Positions 23,701-43,000 of a stretch of DNA of 64,000 nucleotides are shown piece by piece. This DNA is from Owenia fusiformis (Eukaryota). Location: contig CAIIXF020000001.1 in NCBI GenBank assembly GCA_903813345.2, forward strand, positions 41,230,001-41,294,000. Direction: 5' to 3'. Under the pieces are notes generated by a model. That model was not told the DNA's origin and did no database searches. It saw only the letters and a program-made list of their open reading frames with translations. Position 1 is the stretch's first letter. The number at the start of each line of letters is the position of its first letter. The translations under genes and the position numbers were made by a program.

Positions 23701-25652
23701 GGATATTTGGTTAGTTCAGCAGAGATTTTTTATTTATTTTTCATTTCATAGCAAAACACAAATAAATTCACACCCTACTCTCCATTCAATATAATTCATA
23801 AAGCCTCTCTACATGTATAGCTTGTAGCACTTAGTGCTAAACTTAAAATGCCTTTGACACATCATTTTTTCTGCATGTCTCATAATTACCATGAACGAAT
23901 CCTGCATTTTCTGAATATGGTGTAGAATCAATCAACTGCGCAGTTCTTGAGAAAATTTACCAGTTTGATAAGCATAAAACATGTGCTTTTCTCATATAGC
24001 ATAACAGTAATTATTTTTAAGGTTAACTAAGTTAACAGCAATATCATATGATACCTAGTTTAACAATAACAAATCAATAGAAAATTAATTAAACATGAAT
24101 TATACTTGACCACAAAACCCTCATTTATTTATAACACTTCATTAACTCTAACATGAGATAACAAAAATAAATCAATGATGCAGAAGGCTACAAAATCCTC
24201 ATTGAATCATTCAGTATAATAAGGTAATATGAGGTTAGTGGCTGATTGTGTTAAAATGTACTGGAAAGGTAGAATAACATTCTGACTTATCCAATGCTTG
24301 TAATTCAAGGGACACTATAGGGGCTATGATCCCACAATGGAGGGATTAGCAATTGAAGAGCAGTGTGCTGTGCACTTCTCAAAAATGGGTGCAAAATTTT
24401 GACTGAACTTGGTCAAAATACATACTGTTAAACCAGTGTATTCCTTCAGTCATATGAAATACCTTGAAGTATCAAGATCAAAATATGTCTGTCCTATTTT
24501 GGTTTCACAGCCTCCACTTTCTCTAGGAGTATGCATTCAGACATTAATGGGAATTATGTTAAATCCAAATGTCCCTGCCAAATTTCCATGATTATTTTTC
24601 ATTCTCAGGGAGGTTTTCAGTCGGGCAAGCCTATTTTCAAAATGTCAAGTGGGCTACATCGACCATATATGGATGTAAATGGTGGAGTCTGAAATCTAGT
24701 TCAACAAAATGACACTGAAAAATACTGAACCATAACATCTAGGACAAAATAGAAAAATAAATCAATGAAATATCAATTTTATCACACTTGACTGAAAATT
24801 AGTCATTTAAGATCAATAATATCATGATACATTACATTAAGGTGGCCTATACACTTTTTGATTCATTTTTTGGAGCCACTCATAGTAAAATTACAATTTC
24901 TCAACTTCTCAATGTCCAATCAAGACCATTCAAGTACCTTTGTATTCCTGAAATGATTGGGCATCCGAGAATGACAACGTCCACCCAAAGTTTGGCATGC
25001 ATGCTACATTGACCTTATTAATGACTGAAATCGGGAAGACAAAAAGGTATGACATTCTTTCAGAGTTGCTTAAAATAACTATTTATAAAATGTTCCCAAG
25101 ACATTTAGAAATGTTTTATGCATGTGCGACTCCAAATAAAAATGGACTTGTGATTGTGCATGTGATCATATCCTGCAAATTGATTGGATATCATGTTCAC
25201 TGATGTGCAATGCTGAATAATAATTATTAATGATGGGCACAAAATGGCAAGTAACTATGAGAGCTTCCCACTTCTGCTGGTACCAAATGAAGAATTTTAG
25301 CCCCTTCAGTGAACTCTTATCAAGCACAAAAAGAACCCCAGCCACTTAACACAACCACTTGTACCATATTGTACCTTCTTTAGCATAGGTCCTTTGACCC
25401 ATCCTCCTAAGCAGGTGTCCAGAACCCATACTTATTAACTTAAAAGCAGGATATGCAATTTTTACACATTAACTTTAACATGTACGTATATGGTTACAAA
25501 ACTATACTCTGGGATTATTTCACACCTTGAACACATGTTATTTTATCAATATGATAAAACACTCCTTCTTTTAACCAACTTCTGTTTCAGAATATTTTTC
25601 GTTCACTTTGCCTTTTGGAACTCGAAAAGTCAAAAGGAATTCTGAAAACAAA

Positions 25653-29391
<3,739 letters not shown>

Positions 29392-32300
29392 GGACACGAC
29401 TATAAATATATTTTAATAGTACTATGTAGTTTGTGGAGTACATTATGCCTCATAATATCAAAAATGATTCACACAATAGATAATTTGGCAATAAAAGTAG
29501 CCACACGACTAATATAGTCATTGCAAGAGCTGGTTCATTTTCTCTGCGATTGCCGAATAAGCAGCTTTTCAATATTGAAATTTCTTGTAAAGACAACCTC
29601 ACATCATCCAAATTAGTAGATGACATGCGTTGGAAATTGCCACCTTACAATTACCCCAAAATGCTCCTAAACTTATCAGATGTAAAGTTTCATACCAAAA
29701 AAACATCCCTAAAATTTTCAGATCTATAAAATGGTTTGCCTTGAAACTTGTAGACTTCACAGACAAGATAGTGGGACGGAATATCCAAAAATGGCAGAGA
29801 ACATAAAATCATCTCATAAACTACTCATGCTGTAACATTGGTTTTTACAATGCAGGACACCAGAAATCATTTATAAAGTTACTAAATGGTCCAATGTTTC
29901 CATGACTAAAATGGTGGCCACTTTGAAAATAGGTGAGTTTTTGAACCGAAACTCATAGGGTGCATTTCTCCATTGATGAGTAACCAAAAACACTTCAAAG
30001 GGAATCTTATCGAAAAAAACCTTCAAAATGGGCACCAGAAAAGAAGATGGCCACCCAAAAGTTCAAATGCTTTTAGCTGGTCCAAATGGTGTTTGGATTA
30101 GACAGGTTCTACTGTAGTATCTAAAGGGCTCCCCAAGAGGAGGCAGTGAGGTCACTTTTAAATTTTCAAAATTGTCATTTGTCACATTTGTCATATTTTG
30201 TCAGTTTTATTCCTTTTTAGTCAGTCAAAGAATTTAAAGCAACAAATGGTTGTTACTGTATTCCATTTTTTGATTACTTGTTAGAATAAGTCACATTTAC
30301 TTGCATATACTCACTCTCAAAACACTTGTCAGTCAGATGTATGTTCAAAATTGTCAAATGTTAGGATATATTTATCACATTTGTTCGTTTTTAAATACCC
30401 CAAAGTCATATTTAGTCACATTTTTAGGGGTCAAGTCGCTTTATCACATACCCCTTGAGGAGCCCCATCTAGTAGTTGTATACTTATTGGTTATGGGGGG
30501 TGCTACGCCTATGGTACATTAAATACATTATACTTGAAAATGGGAAAAATTATCATGGCTGCACACATATATACTTTTTTCATTGAAACTGAACATTAAA
30601 TATCTTTTTAAATGAACTCCTAGCATGATATAACATATCATCTCTGTGATAATATGAGATGATACAAGACTTAACCCTGGATACAACAATAATTTCTCAA
30701 ATATGTGAAAAATGTTATTTCTAGAAGCTCTGGGGATTATTGATTAATTATCTTTGATAATAAAACACAGTTCTAGTTAAAACATATACCGTATTGATAG
30801 CAGTAAAGCCTTGAGAGGCTAAAAGTATGAACTCATACTATAATTTGTATCCTTGTGGATCTTAACCCAGTGATCTCAGGTGGTAAACACATTAAACTGA
30901 TATTTGTGTCAAAAGTTGGGTAAACACCTTCAGTTTCAAAGTACAGATCTCTTCAGTAGGCAAAAAATCTATAAAATCTATTCAAATTGTAATTGGGTAA
31001 TCAGAGTAGTCAGAGTGTATTAATGTACTACAAGCATCCAGGGCAGATCTTTTAAGCTAACAAGAGGGGGGCTCACATTTCAAGTCAGAATCAAAAAGTG
31101 CATAAAAAATGTTGGGCCTCTAGAACCCAAAGATGGGCCCCAATTTTGAAAATTTAAGGTCCCAGTAATGCCCCAAAAGGCCTATTAATTGAGGCCATAA
31201 AAATCGTTTAGGCCTAAATTGGGACCACCCTAGAGAGGAGGCTCGCCAGTGACCATCTGAGTATCAGGGTTTGAGATCTCAGTAATGGTAAACATAAATG
31301 TACATAGATGCAGTTTAATTACTGAGGCACTATAAGTTTCAAGACTTTCTGTAGATCCCTCATTGAGTGAATTTTAGCATTATGCATATTCTGCTTAAAT
31401 TCTATTGTGATTAATAGTTTGGAGCAACCAATTCATTACACACAGTACATATTGCTATACTACTGCAGTCTTTTCATTAGTAAATACACATTGATTTGTC
31501 ATAATGATTTTTACTTAAAGTAGATAAATGTACGAATGCTTATTTTCCCTTACCTTAATTGCTCCATTTTCAAGTTAAACAACCGAGGTCTCCGCCCGTT
31601 ATTCTGCTCTTGCTACTCGACTAGTTCTGCCTGGCATAAACCTCCCTTGGGGATCTATCACATCTGCCCATACAGCAATGCTCCCAAACCAGGGGACGGG
31701 GTAACCAGATGGTATTATTCCAAAAGTTCACTCTTTTCCCAGAAAATGCTAACACTGTGGATTATGTGTTGAAACTTGCTGTCAAGCAGTCTATTAATTG
31801 TTTTTGTTTTGAACAAATAGAGGAAATACTTGGCAATCCAAAACAAACAATCAATGATCCAAGTTTGACGTAAAATAATTAATATATAAACTCCTCTCTT
31901 CGGTGTCTTGATATTCTAGATAAGTGCCTCATGTAGACTGCTTAGTCACTCCCAGATTGGTATATTCTTTGTGCTGCTGTTGTACAATCTGACGCTAATA
32001 TAGATATTCTAAACCTGGAAGCAGACCGATATATATGACTGTCTGATGTAATGATAAGCACTATAAATCGTTACAGTATGAACAGAGCCATGTATTCTAA
32101 ATAACATGCAAACATATATATATGTCTTCAGACATAAATATTCAGATATTCTAAAGGAACCAGTTTAGCTATTGATGAACATTAGATACAGTAGATATAT
32201 ACTGTATTCTATATTTTGTTGAGATAAATATCATCAATGCATGCAGACTGTTAAGGTATATTACATTGGTAGGCCTTAATGGTACATGGACCGGTATGAA

Positions 32301-34549
32301 AGCCTACATAATTTGCAACAAATTAACATTTTCTGTCATTTAACTCATCTTTTCAGACATGTTGGTTTTTCAAACTTGCCAGTTTGATTTTAATAAAAAG
32401 TCCATACCTTCGAAATCTAAAAAGTAGTGGTTTTTATATAATAACAAAAACAAAAGCAATATCTTGATTTATTCTGTAAATCTTTTTTAAACTAAATCAT
32501 TTTTGGAAATCTAAGGTGTCAAAAAAACTCAAGCATTGAATAAAATCAAACAAAAACAACCTTTTGCCAATATTCACATTGAGCATGCATATAATGGATA
32601 TTATATTAATACAACATTTACCAATTCATACACCCCCATCAGGTCATAAAAACTGTTGATATAGTAAAACCAAATGAGTAAAAATCTGATATTAAGCCAA
32701 GATACCAGCAAAGTCTATTGGCAAAGTCCCATGATAATCAATGTTAATCAAAATGGATTAGTCCTGCATCAAGACCATGTATATCTTATATGTATTATGT
32801 GTCATGCTGTTGTACAAATCTGATGCTATATTTTTACTTGACTTTTCATTAAGGTGGTTGTTTACATGACAGCCCTAAAATAACTTTTATTGTATCCATT
32901 TTTATGTTAAAATAACTAGGACATAATTATGCTTCATAATCAAAATAAAAGTTATTTTCACCGATTTTGTTTTTACTTAAAACATTTTATTCCCTCATGT
33001 CAAGGAATAGGAGACAACACGTTTTGTATTTTTGGATGTTTGTGTCTCATATGTTGTTTTATGTGCAATGAAAATGCATTAAATGTGTCATTACTGGATA
33101 TAATTCATTAAATCCATCAAAAGTTAAAAAGATATATAAAGGAAATAGAGGCTTAGTGCAAGACTAATCAGTTCCTTCTAGAGTCCTGAGTTCTGAGTGT
33201 GACACTTCTTATCAACTGGAGAATATTGTTATTCTTGGTAACTTTCCTAAAATAACTTCCTAAAGACAATATATCATTGCTGCAACAGATTGAGTTACCC
33301 ATCCTAAAAAAAAGATACTGAGAATCTTAGTCAGAAACAGCTGAGATAAGAGGAGTGAATTAGATATGCCATGTCTGTACTGGGTGTAGTATATTAATCT
33401 AACTGTCTCTGCTATTTTTATAAACTTTTTGATTGGATTCTTCAAGGTCCTCCAATGAAAGAAGATGAGGAAATGAACAGATGTTTCTTTGCAATCAATC
33501 AGTTTCCGTATAATAATCAATAGTATAATTTGTAAACAATTAAGTAACACTTATGCCATCATTAACATGGTATACTTGTGCATCACGTTAATACCCCCCC
33601 CCCCCTCCTATCTATTTCCATACACTATGCTGAATTGCAGATGTGTATGTTAGGAAAGATATATAAGGGATAAGACATACGAGTGCTTGATGCAAGACAT
33701 TCAATCATTTACCAAATATACTAATCAGTAACTGGAACTAAAATCAAAAGCAAATTGTAAGTCACCATCAGCTTAACATTTCATATTAGTTTCTATATGC
33801 AAAACAGATCCCATCCTTATAATCTGTACTAAAACAAAGAAGATTTTTTACTACACTGAAAACCCCACTTACCTTCTCTGCCTACTTCTGTAGTGTTTAC
33901 TGTTTAAAATCAATATTGAACAGTACATTTCACTTAACCTTATTAGGTTATAAGGAACATGAGCTACATCAAATACTCAAAATAAATCAAAATACTTTCT
34001 CTCCTGAACTTATGCATCCAGTTACTGTATAGTCCTGATCTTTGTTCTTGTTTCCTTTGTATCTCATGTATGTAGTCCAATCAATAATAATACCATGTGA
34101 TATTAATTATGAATTCTCATTCCCATATGGCTTCCTATAAACAGCTGATTACCAGCACAAAAAATACATATGATAATGCTGGTTATTTTATTCATGGACA
34201 ATTTGAGATTTTTTAGAATTTTATGGTAATCAAAGTAAACTTTTGATATTTCCCACTTAATTGCAGATTGTTTCTTTATTTTATGACATGAAACAGTTGT
34301 ATTTTATGATATTCTATTCGAAGGCAGAAGCCATATCCTTCTATTGTTTATCCCTACATCAGATTATAATGCTCACATGTTTAAATTATTTATTTTTCAG
34401 CTCATGTGTTTATTTTTTATTTCCTTTCCTTCTTTGTCTTTGTTTAATTGGAGTGAAGTATTTTCAATTTGTATTTATTTTGTTGACCCTAAATTTCCTT
34501 AATGGTGTCAGAGCCTAATATATGTCTACCTTGTCAGAGGTAAACTCAA

Positions 34550-34742
34550 TAGTCTCGCTTCAAGACCCTGGACTACCCCTAACAACTGTCGTTAGAGTTG
34601 TATGTATTATGATAGCTTAGACTTAGTGTAATGTAGTAAAATATGTTCATTTTGTAATGACTAGTTTGTAAGGTCATGATATCTAGAGTCAATATTAAAA
34701 AGATATATATAGTAGATAGTCCAGGGTCTTGAAGCAGGACTA
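34550..34742. mobile_element. MITE with TAG...CTA ends and a 9-bp TSD (AcademH- or Mutator-like)
   Basis: TIR TAGTCTCGCTTCAAGACCCTGGACTA / TAGTCCAGGGTCTTGAAGCAGGACTA. TSD TAAACTCAA at 34541-34549 and 34743-34751. Confidence 0.8.
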
Positions 34743-35226
34743 TAAACTCAACTCAATCAAACATCGTTGAGTTTCCAAGGGAATCTAAGAAAAGCTGGAA
34801 AAACTAAAATATTTTAGATAGTGAAATATGACTATTATTTTTCTACAAACCCGACTTTTATATAATATTGTCAATCCAAAATGTTTTATAGATCTATATC
34901 TGATATGATATGTCTGTCGCTGTTTGCATCCACTGTGACTCAGTTAAAAGATCCTCTACATAACATAAATAAAATATAATCATAAATCAAAATAAGCCAT
35001 TTAATTGATTAATACCAAGTTCTCAATAGAAAATTCTGTTCAATAACTGTGCAATATGCTACTTCCATATCTCATAAATCTTAAACAGAAATAGTTTAAA
35101 GATGTCTATCCATAACATGTCAACTATATATGGCGAGTTATTGATCAATATTTTTCATGATTATTATTTCAAAGGTGAGACTTGCTCTGTCTATGTTTAT
35201 ATTTTATGTTTTTGCTATTTGACATA

Positions 35227-36843
35227 CCGTATTCTCTGTAATTACCGCCCACTCTCTAATAAGCGCCCACCCCGCTTCACAAAGTTCAAGAAACATCGAG
35301 GAATCAACAAGAATTGAAGAATATATCAGGAAAAAAATATTTCTCAAAATCCAGGAGCGGGCGATAATAGAGTACTTACCCTAAAACTGCTGTAAACACG
35401 ACGCGTTTTGTAATTCTATGCATCCTCTCGATACATATCTATCGATGGGTGCTTCCCACACCATACCATGCTAATATTGTCTCCAAATAGTCCATAATGA
35501 ATGAAGGAATTGTTCTTTATCGGCATTCAGAAATTTCAAAAGCTACTGCGCAGATTTTCTGCGCATGTCAAGGTCGTGAACTTTCTGGTTTCTTTTTAAA
35601 GGCCCCATGTAAAGTTTAAACCACTTTGGCTTATATTGTAGTCTTACTCAATGTTATCAAAGTGTGATATGTGAAACTTTTTTTTTTAATTTCAAAAAGT
35701 GGTTTTTGATAGACTTTTTGTTCCAAAATTTGTGAATTTATTTAAAACCAACTTTTAGAGGTCCCTCATATCGTCTCATTAGCCACAATTTATACCAATG
35801 CATAGCATACATCCTCCCATGTTTTTTGCCGAAAAAATTAAGAAAATCGGTTGATAAACAAGCGAGAAATGAACTTATCAGTGCATGAAAATGGTTCTGA
35901 GAAAAATGCATTTCAAAATTTTAGTTCTCATAGAAACCAATGGTACAATGATATCTAAAACACAATTTATTCTTCCTTTTAACCTGGTTAGACAATCAAC
36001 ATTGGTTTTTTATGAAAGTCTAGCATATTTAGAAAAGATTGACATTGAAAAAAAAAATTCAATTTTTTTCAAAAAGTTTTTGTTACCTTAGTGACATCAC
36101 TAATGTTTCAAAATATTTTTGATAAGCTAAAACATTGAAGTGGCCCATTAAATATGACATTTTATTATTGAAATAGTGTGTCTTTTGTTCAATCTTTGCA
36201 TTGGTGTTAAAAATATAATCTTTTTTGAAATGCATTAAGAAATATTTGATCATTAAGAAATTTCAACTTTTTTTGAAAAGTGGCGGGAAATTTGAATATT
36301 TGAGAAATGAAATGCTCACAAGTTTTTTTGAAAAAAAAAATTTTGGTTCAAAATTCTCTAAAATCACTTTTTAAATCCTGACAAATAGTAAATGAATAAT
36401 AAAAAAATATTTTCAAACTTTAGACGGGGACTTTAATGTTTCTCGACTTTTACACGACTTTTGCACGAATAATGATGATCTCTCATCAGAATAGAAATAA
36501 TGTATAACTTAAGATCGATATCCAGCAGTCTCTAGTGGAAATATTGAAGGTAATCGGCGATAATGACAAAGTGGGCGTGCCGGAAATAAATTAGACATAG
36601 ACGGGTCTTCAACCACTGTCAATATTGTCTAAGCGATCTTTACCGTATTCTCTCCAATAACAGCACTTGTCATATTATTATAAAAATATGTTGAAGAAAA
36701 TGCATTCTTGTCAAGAAAAATTGACATACATGAAATTCCTCGGGATTTCTGATTTCTTTCATACATGGGCGCTTATTAGAATGGTCTAAATAATGTATTT
36801 TCAATTTTCTAAACGCCCTGGGCGCTAATTACAGAGAATACGG
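35227..36843. mobile_element. Non-autonomous Tc1/mariner/pogo-type element
   Basis: 24-bp TIR CCGTATTCTCTGTAATTA(C/G)CGCCC, with TA on both sides. Confidence 0.8.
35600..36432. mobile_element. Kolobok-like MITE nested in the previous element
   Basis: TTAA|AGGCCCCATGTAAAGTTT ... AAACTTTAGACGGGGACT|TTAA (15/18 TIR match, TTAA TSD). Confidence 0.65.
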
Positions 36844-36978
36844 TAATTTCTTTCTCAAACCCAGTGAAAAGTCATATCAATTGTTTTATTTGTATGCCTA
36901 TCATTATGACTCTCTGATGTCATTACAATGACATATAAGTCACATCAAATGCACCCTTCTTCAAACGACTTCATTTAT

Positions 36979-37820
36979 GCGGGTGTCTCAAAAAATGTAC
37001 CCAAAAGTATATCAACAGCATCTAGACAAACCAATCAATATTCTCAGACATTTTTTGCATGGTCTTGTCGTCAAAACATGTAAGTTTTTTCCCTTTACAC
37101 AGTTTTTAAGTCAGTTTTGCCTCTTTGATATTTTAACCCTTTACCTTTCACACCGCATTATCAATATAACCTCATATTTCGATGACAGTCTGCATCCTTT
37201 TTACTCCTACATATCCTCACATTTGATATTTCTTGTGGAATGCTTTGATTTCTGTTTGGATGCTAATATTTAGTTGTTCTAGATCTCTTAGCTTTGGTTT
37301 AGCATAAAAATGGACCTTCAAAGAGCCCCAGAGAAAAAAGTCTGGGCCCTCAAATCTGGTGAATAGGGAGGCCCTCATAATGTCTTATAGCCCCCTTATA
37401 CAAAGAGGCCAGAGGTTCAAGAAACTTTGGTTGGGATTCTATAGTAGCCTTTATAGTGTGTAGAGGAGCTCCATTAATTTGAGACCACTGTGTTTTCATT
37501 TTGATATCATTTGGTCTCCAGGCTAGCCTTCGTAAGTCTGGAAGGTAACTCCTGAATCATTTGCCGATAATTGATTCAAATGTGATGAACAATGTAGCAG
37601 TAAGGATATAGGGTGTCATCGAAATATGAGGTTACCTTGAATATGTGGTGTAAAAGGTAAAGGGTTAAAGCATCAAAAAGGCAAGACTGAAATAAAAATG
37701 GTGTATTGGGGAGAAAACTTTCACCTTTTGGCTACATGATCTTGAGAAAAAGTCTGAAAATATTGATTGGTTTATCTGTGCTGTTGATATACTTTTGGGC
37801 ACATTTTTTGAGACACCCTG
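36979..37820. mobile_element. Non-autonomous Tc1-like element with long inverted ends
   Basis: GGGTGTCTCAAAAAATGT...AAAAGTATATCAACAGCA...CCAATCAATATT pairs with its reverse complement ending at 37820. Confidence 0.7.
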
Positions 37821-39769
37821 ATTGATTTTTCATTTAGTTCACTCTATTTCACATTTAACCATGACTACCGATAAATTCATATGCAGAATACAGGTATGGA
37901 GTTTTCACCAAACATGAAACCATATAAAGAGGGCAATGTGACATCCTTATTGTTAACTTAAAGTCTTGGTAAAAATACATAAAAATCATATTTTGAAGTT
38001 AACATACAGAACAAACTACAGAAAATGCTTCTACTTTTTAATCTTAAACCTTCTTGATGTCAACTGGTAAAAGTCTAAAAACCTTGAATGTATACACTGT
38101 TGATTAAGTTTGGAGGGTGAGGTCAGTTTTATGTTTAAGGTCAACAGTATCTGAGTAGAAGTCAACTGTATTGACCTGCAAATTGTGGTAGGCCTAGGCT
38201 GAAATCATTAATGGATCCCCTCTAATTAGCAGGATTCAAGGACAATACTGTCCTTTTACTTATTTAAAACAGCAAATCCATCAAAATAAGTAGCGCAAAA
38301 TTAAGTAGAAGTACAGTATCTAACATCTTCCGTAAATTTCCCAAACTTATATAACCAAATAAAATTTTCATTTCCTGTATAAATATATAATCATACAATG
38401 AAAATATTATTCTTACATACAGGTATAATACATCCTTTACTTTGCATATAATGTAGTTATTCCTCAAAATAAATTGTTACCAATGCATTTAGTTTCCTTC
38501 AACCTTTGTAGATTATTTGGCACCAATGAGAATAATTAGCTAACTTTGGTAAAGTAAATATCGGACAATTTATGAGCAGGTGCTTACCTCACAAAGAGCC
38601 CACATCTGCCCTCACAGTTGAAAGCTCTAGCCATCAAAACTTGGTTTTTACATTGAATGATTTAAAAACGGGGTTCATATAGCTTTTCATGGCACACATT
38701 TATGTTTTTGTTTTATCTGGGTTTTTTCTCTGTTTCAGGACACCTGTCCTCAACTTCCCGCTTCATCAAACTATTTAAATAAGCTGTAAAACTGAAATAT
38801 CTCTAAGGTACAGGTACATGTATTGTATTATGTATCTTTTTTGCATAATAGCATATGGAAAGACCAAATAATAATCAACAAAGGTATTAATAATTAGATG
38901 TTTGAGTTGTTATCATCTCTTCACAGATTGTGTAATCAATTGTCACATACTGTCACATGGTCGTTAATTGGGTTGCAAATTAATTGATTACATAATATAC
39001 ATTACTTCAGGTAAAGAAGTAATTTTTAAAATTTTGTGTTTGAGTATTTGACAGTCTGTTCAGTGAAGATTTGTTTTTCGCAAAAATAAGCAATACAATG
39101 GCTACTTTTTTACATAATTTACTGCATATTAATGATATTACACATTACATTCAAATGTTATATCACAAGGGATTGATAGATAGATTATGTGAACTGAATA
39201 TTCCAGAAGCGTGACCATTGGATGGATCGATCAAACATCTGGTTTAATTTCTCATAAATGTGTTATTTTTAATGCTATTTAGATGCTATTTTGGTTTCTA
39301 AAAATAACTGATCCTGGTAAATATCCTTCTCTGGCAAGCTTTGTTTAGAAGGGAATAGCAAAACAGATGCTCAAAGAAAAACAAATCCAAAATGCAATGT
39401 ATTTAACTCCTTATTAATAATCCTTTGCAAGAGTGACTGCATCAGTATTTTGTACTCTTATTTACTATAAATCAATTTGAACCCATAGACTGCTTCTGCT
39501 AAGCCAGCATGACCCTAAATCTAACTCTAACTAGCTTCAATGATCGAATGCTATTTAAATTTATATGAACATTTTGGCATAAAAACTCACATGAACTCAA
39601 TTGATACTAGTTGTACATACAGGGTACTTATAAATGCATTGAGGGTTCTCTACTAGGGTGAAAATTGCTGAACATACAATACCAGGTTTACCCTTTGCCT
39701 TCATTTGACTTCACTTCTTAAAAGAGAGCTTCGCCTTCACTCTTTCAAACTAAAATAAACCTGTGAACT

Positions 39770-40000
39770 CGCCGCCCCAATCAGTGTTCGTCGGCCAAAT
39801 TTGACCGACGTTCTATATATGGGCATTCCTTCTGACGTCATCATTGCGCCCGGAATTGACCAATGACATGCGCATATTTAATTAGAATGCATTTGGCGTA
39901 TGTTTCCTCAAGCTCGCTGATTGGTGGAAGAAAGGTCAGCACGTAGGTCAGAAGTGATTTACTACCCAAACTGTCACCGGTACCCGTCCTGGGGGCGGGG
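39770..40000 (-). promoter_or_regulatory. Candidate core promoter
   Basis: Locally GC/CpG-richer island with a GC box (39991-40000), CCAAT/ATTGG boxes (39777, 39860, 39920), a CRE TGACGTCA (39833) and a TATA-like element (39814). A minus-strand donor AAAGG|GTAAAC lies at 39691. Confidence 0.4.
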
Positions 40001-43000
40001 CTACTAAACTGTAATATGGTCTCTACTAGGCAGAGTGTAGTTTAACTAGACTCTGCACGCAGGGTATACCAGGTTTTGAAATATTATTTTAACATGCATG
40101 AGATATATGTGAAACTATTTTACTACTAGTATTCACAGCAAATTTTTTTCAAATAAATCAATGGAGCATATAAGTATCTATTTGTTAATACAGGTCATGT
40201 AGACCTATAAAATAAGGTTACTTTTTTAAACCGGAATTGTATGTTTATCCGTAAATACTTCCATCTTGGATTACCAATGTATGAAAATTAAATGACATTG
40301 TGTATTACCAAGTATGAAATACTTAACTCCTACCTAATATTATAAAAATGGATAACCAAACTTTGCTATATAGAAATTACAAAGACTGGTTCTCCTATTA
40401 CAATTGTTTATTTATTTTGTTAATCTCACATTTTGATTTAAATTTGCTTATACTTACCACTTTTATTCAATACATTAAGTATACAATGGAGTGACTAAAA
40501 TTAAACAGCAACAAACTGACTTAAATTAAACTGATTATAACTTTGGATAATTCCTTCAAAATCCTTAGACCACCTTTATCCTTTACCGGGTCTAAATAAA
40601 CCAAGTAAGGGATGTTGCCGGGGGAAATTGTCCAAATATCAGTGGTAGAAAAACAAAATAAATTTCAATCTTCTTTTTCACTCCCCCTCAAAACAAATTC
40701 GAAAAAAACCCATTTACACATGAATTCAATTAATTAACAGTTGACTTCTTCCTCTAAAGAATCAATTTTGTATTCATGTCGCATTTCTACCCCCTGCATG
40801 TACAATTGTTGATATTAGGACATCATCCCTTAGTGCCTGGATAATGTTACTAACATGAATACCCTATGTGTATAAGTATATGCACATGTAGCAATATACA
40901 TGTACATGTATGTATGCATCAGGCCTGTCAACTTGGGGGGATACAAGCAAATGCCTGACATATTCAGAATTCGCGTGAAATTTCCAAACAAAATGTGTTC
41001 GTTTTTCTTCATCATTCTTTTTTTTTGATGAATTGGCGTTCATTTTTTTGAAGTTTTTCTACAGAAATATTTTTGCTTGACAATAATCAGGTAAAATGTG
41101 TATTTGCAAAAAAGCTGGCGTGAATTCATTTTCTTCAGGAAATGTGTGACATATACGCAAATTGCGGGACAGTTGTATGGCCTGATGCATGTAATTGAAT
41201 TCGGAAACCTCCGGAGATTTACGAACGTAAATCATTCTCAAAATTCATTTTGTTCATCGTGAAACTCGCTCCTAGCATGCAAACCGCCATATTGGATATG
41301 GGTCAAAAAAACATTCACTCGATGAACAATTTACAAGTCTTGATCGAAAAAGAAGTATTCCAGTGCTCCAATACTTGCACGGATTAATGAAACTGATGTA
41401 AGGCACAGTTAGAGACCAAAAGTAAAGCCGCGGAAATCTTTATTTATGTTTTAGGTCACTATTATTCAGCTGTCCAAGTGCGCCGTGGGAAAGCTATCAT
41501 ATCAAAATCCATATAGCTTTCGCAGGAAATAAGTTTTTTCAAGTTGCTCAATGCACAAAAATACTTTATATACAGATAAAGCATGATACATATAATATAA
41601 AAAGTACAATATTCATTCAATGATTGCAAAGCCAAATACCCCAAATAATGAAAAATATTTTTACAGAATGAAATCCACTTGAAGCCCTAAGAGCAAAGAA
41701 AGGAGTTAGTGGAAATACATTAAAATACATTATTAATATAAACTCTTACCTTATATTTATGTTCTAGTAGTTAACTGGATGCAAATACTTCAAATAAGCG
41801 AATATTTATGTAACAAATGTTGCTCGGTATTCACAAAGTTTTTCTTTTACGTTGGAGCTCTTTCGTGTGGAGGTGTGAAAGTTTGTTTACCTTCAATTAT
41901 CGCCCAGTCCCAAAAAGGGTTTATCCTGGCTCTTATTTCTCCTGATAAAGACATATTACATGTGTAAATTGGTCACAATTTAATAACATGACATATAAAT
42001 GATGTATATGCAGATGTTCAAACTATTGTCAAAGAATATGATGCCTATGGAAACGATCAAACTGTTGTCAAAGAATATGATCCAATGGGGGGGGTGTATA
42101 GAGGGTCTTGGAAATGCATATACAATATTTTTTAGCTCTCTTATACCATATACAATATTTTTATACCATATACAATATTTTTCACAGCTCTTATACCATA
42201 TACAATATTTTAGGTGAAATACAATATACGATAATTTTTTTGAAACTGCTTTTGATTTAAGTTTGGATATCTATAAGGAAATAATATTATACGTATTAGG
42301 AGAGAATCCATGTACTAAAGTAAATGTAATATTATAAGGCAAATAGACTCCACATACATACCACAATGATTTCATTTATTACATTATGAATAAGACACCA
42401 TTCGGGTAAATCCGCATGTTCAGAAAAGCTGTGACCACATTTTATTTTCAGGTAAACAAGTTGATTTAAAACACATCTATGATGTAAGATTCATGACTTC
42501 TCTTTAGTGATTTCACAACCTACTTTGACAAAAAAACTAACTTTAACATTTCTGCAATTTGCTACAGCCACTAGCCCATTACCTGTAAAAGTACCATAAA
42601 GATATTCAAAATTAGCACAAAACCTGCATCATTGGAATGGGTGGAACTCAGTATTCCTCTTTGTTATGACCTACGTACTTTCCCATGACTTATTTTAATG
42701 TCAATGGAATCCTTCAAAGTGAGCCAGGGAAAAAATCCTTGAAACATAATTGATGCAAAATTGAGAATGTGGAATAAAAGATTCATCATGTGTTCTATGA
42801 AAATAAAGTTTGCTGAGGAAAATATGTATCAGATAGATAATGAAGATTCACAATGCACAATAATTTTGTAAAGCAGTTACCTGGAAAATATTAAGTATTG
42901 AAAACAGTTTCAGAAATAAAGGACTTCACAAACTTCCATGTAGATGAATTTTTTTTTTTGATTGGACTCGAGTCTGGAAACTAGAGTTTGAAATAAAGGC

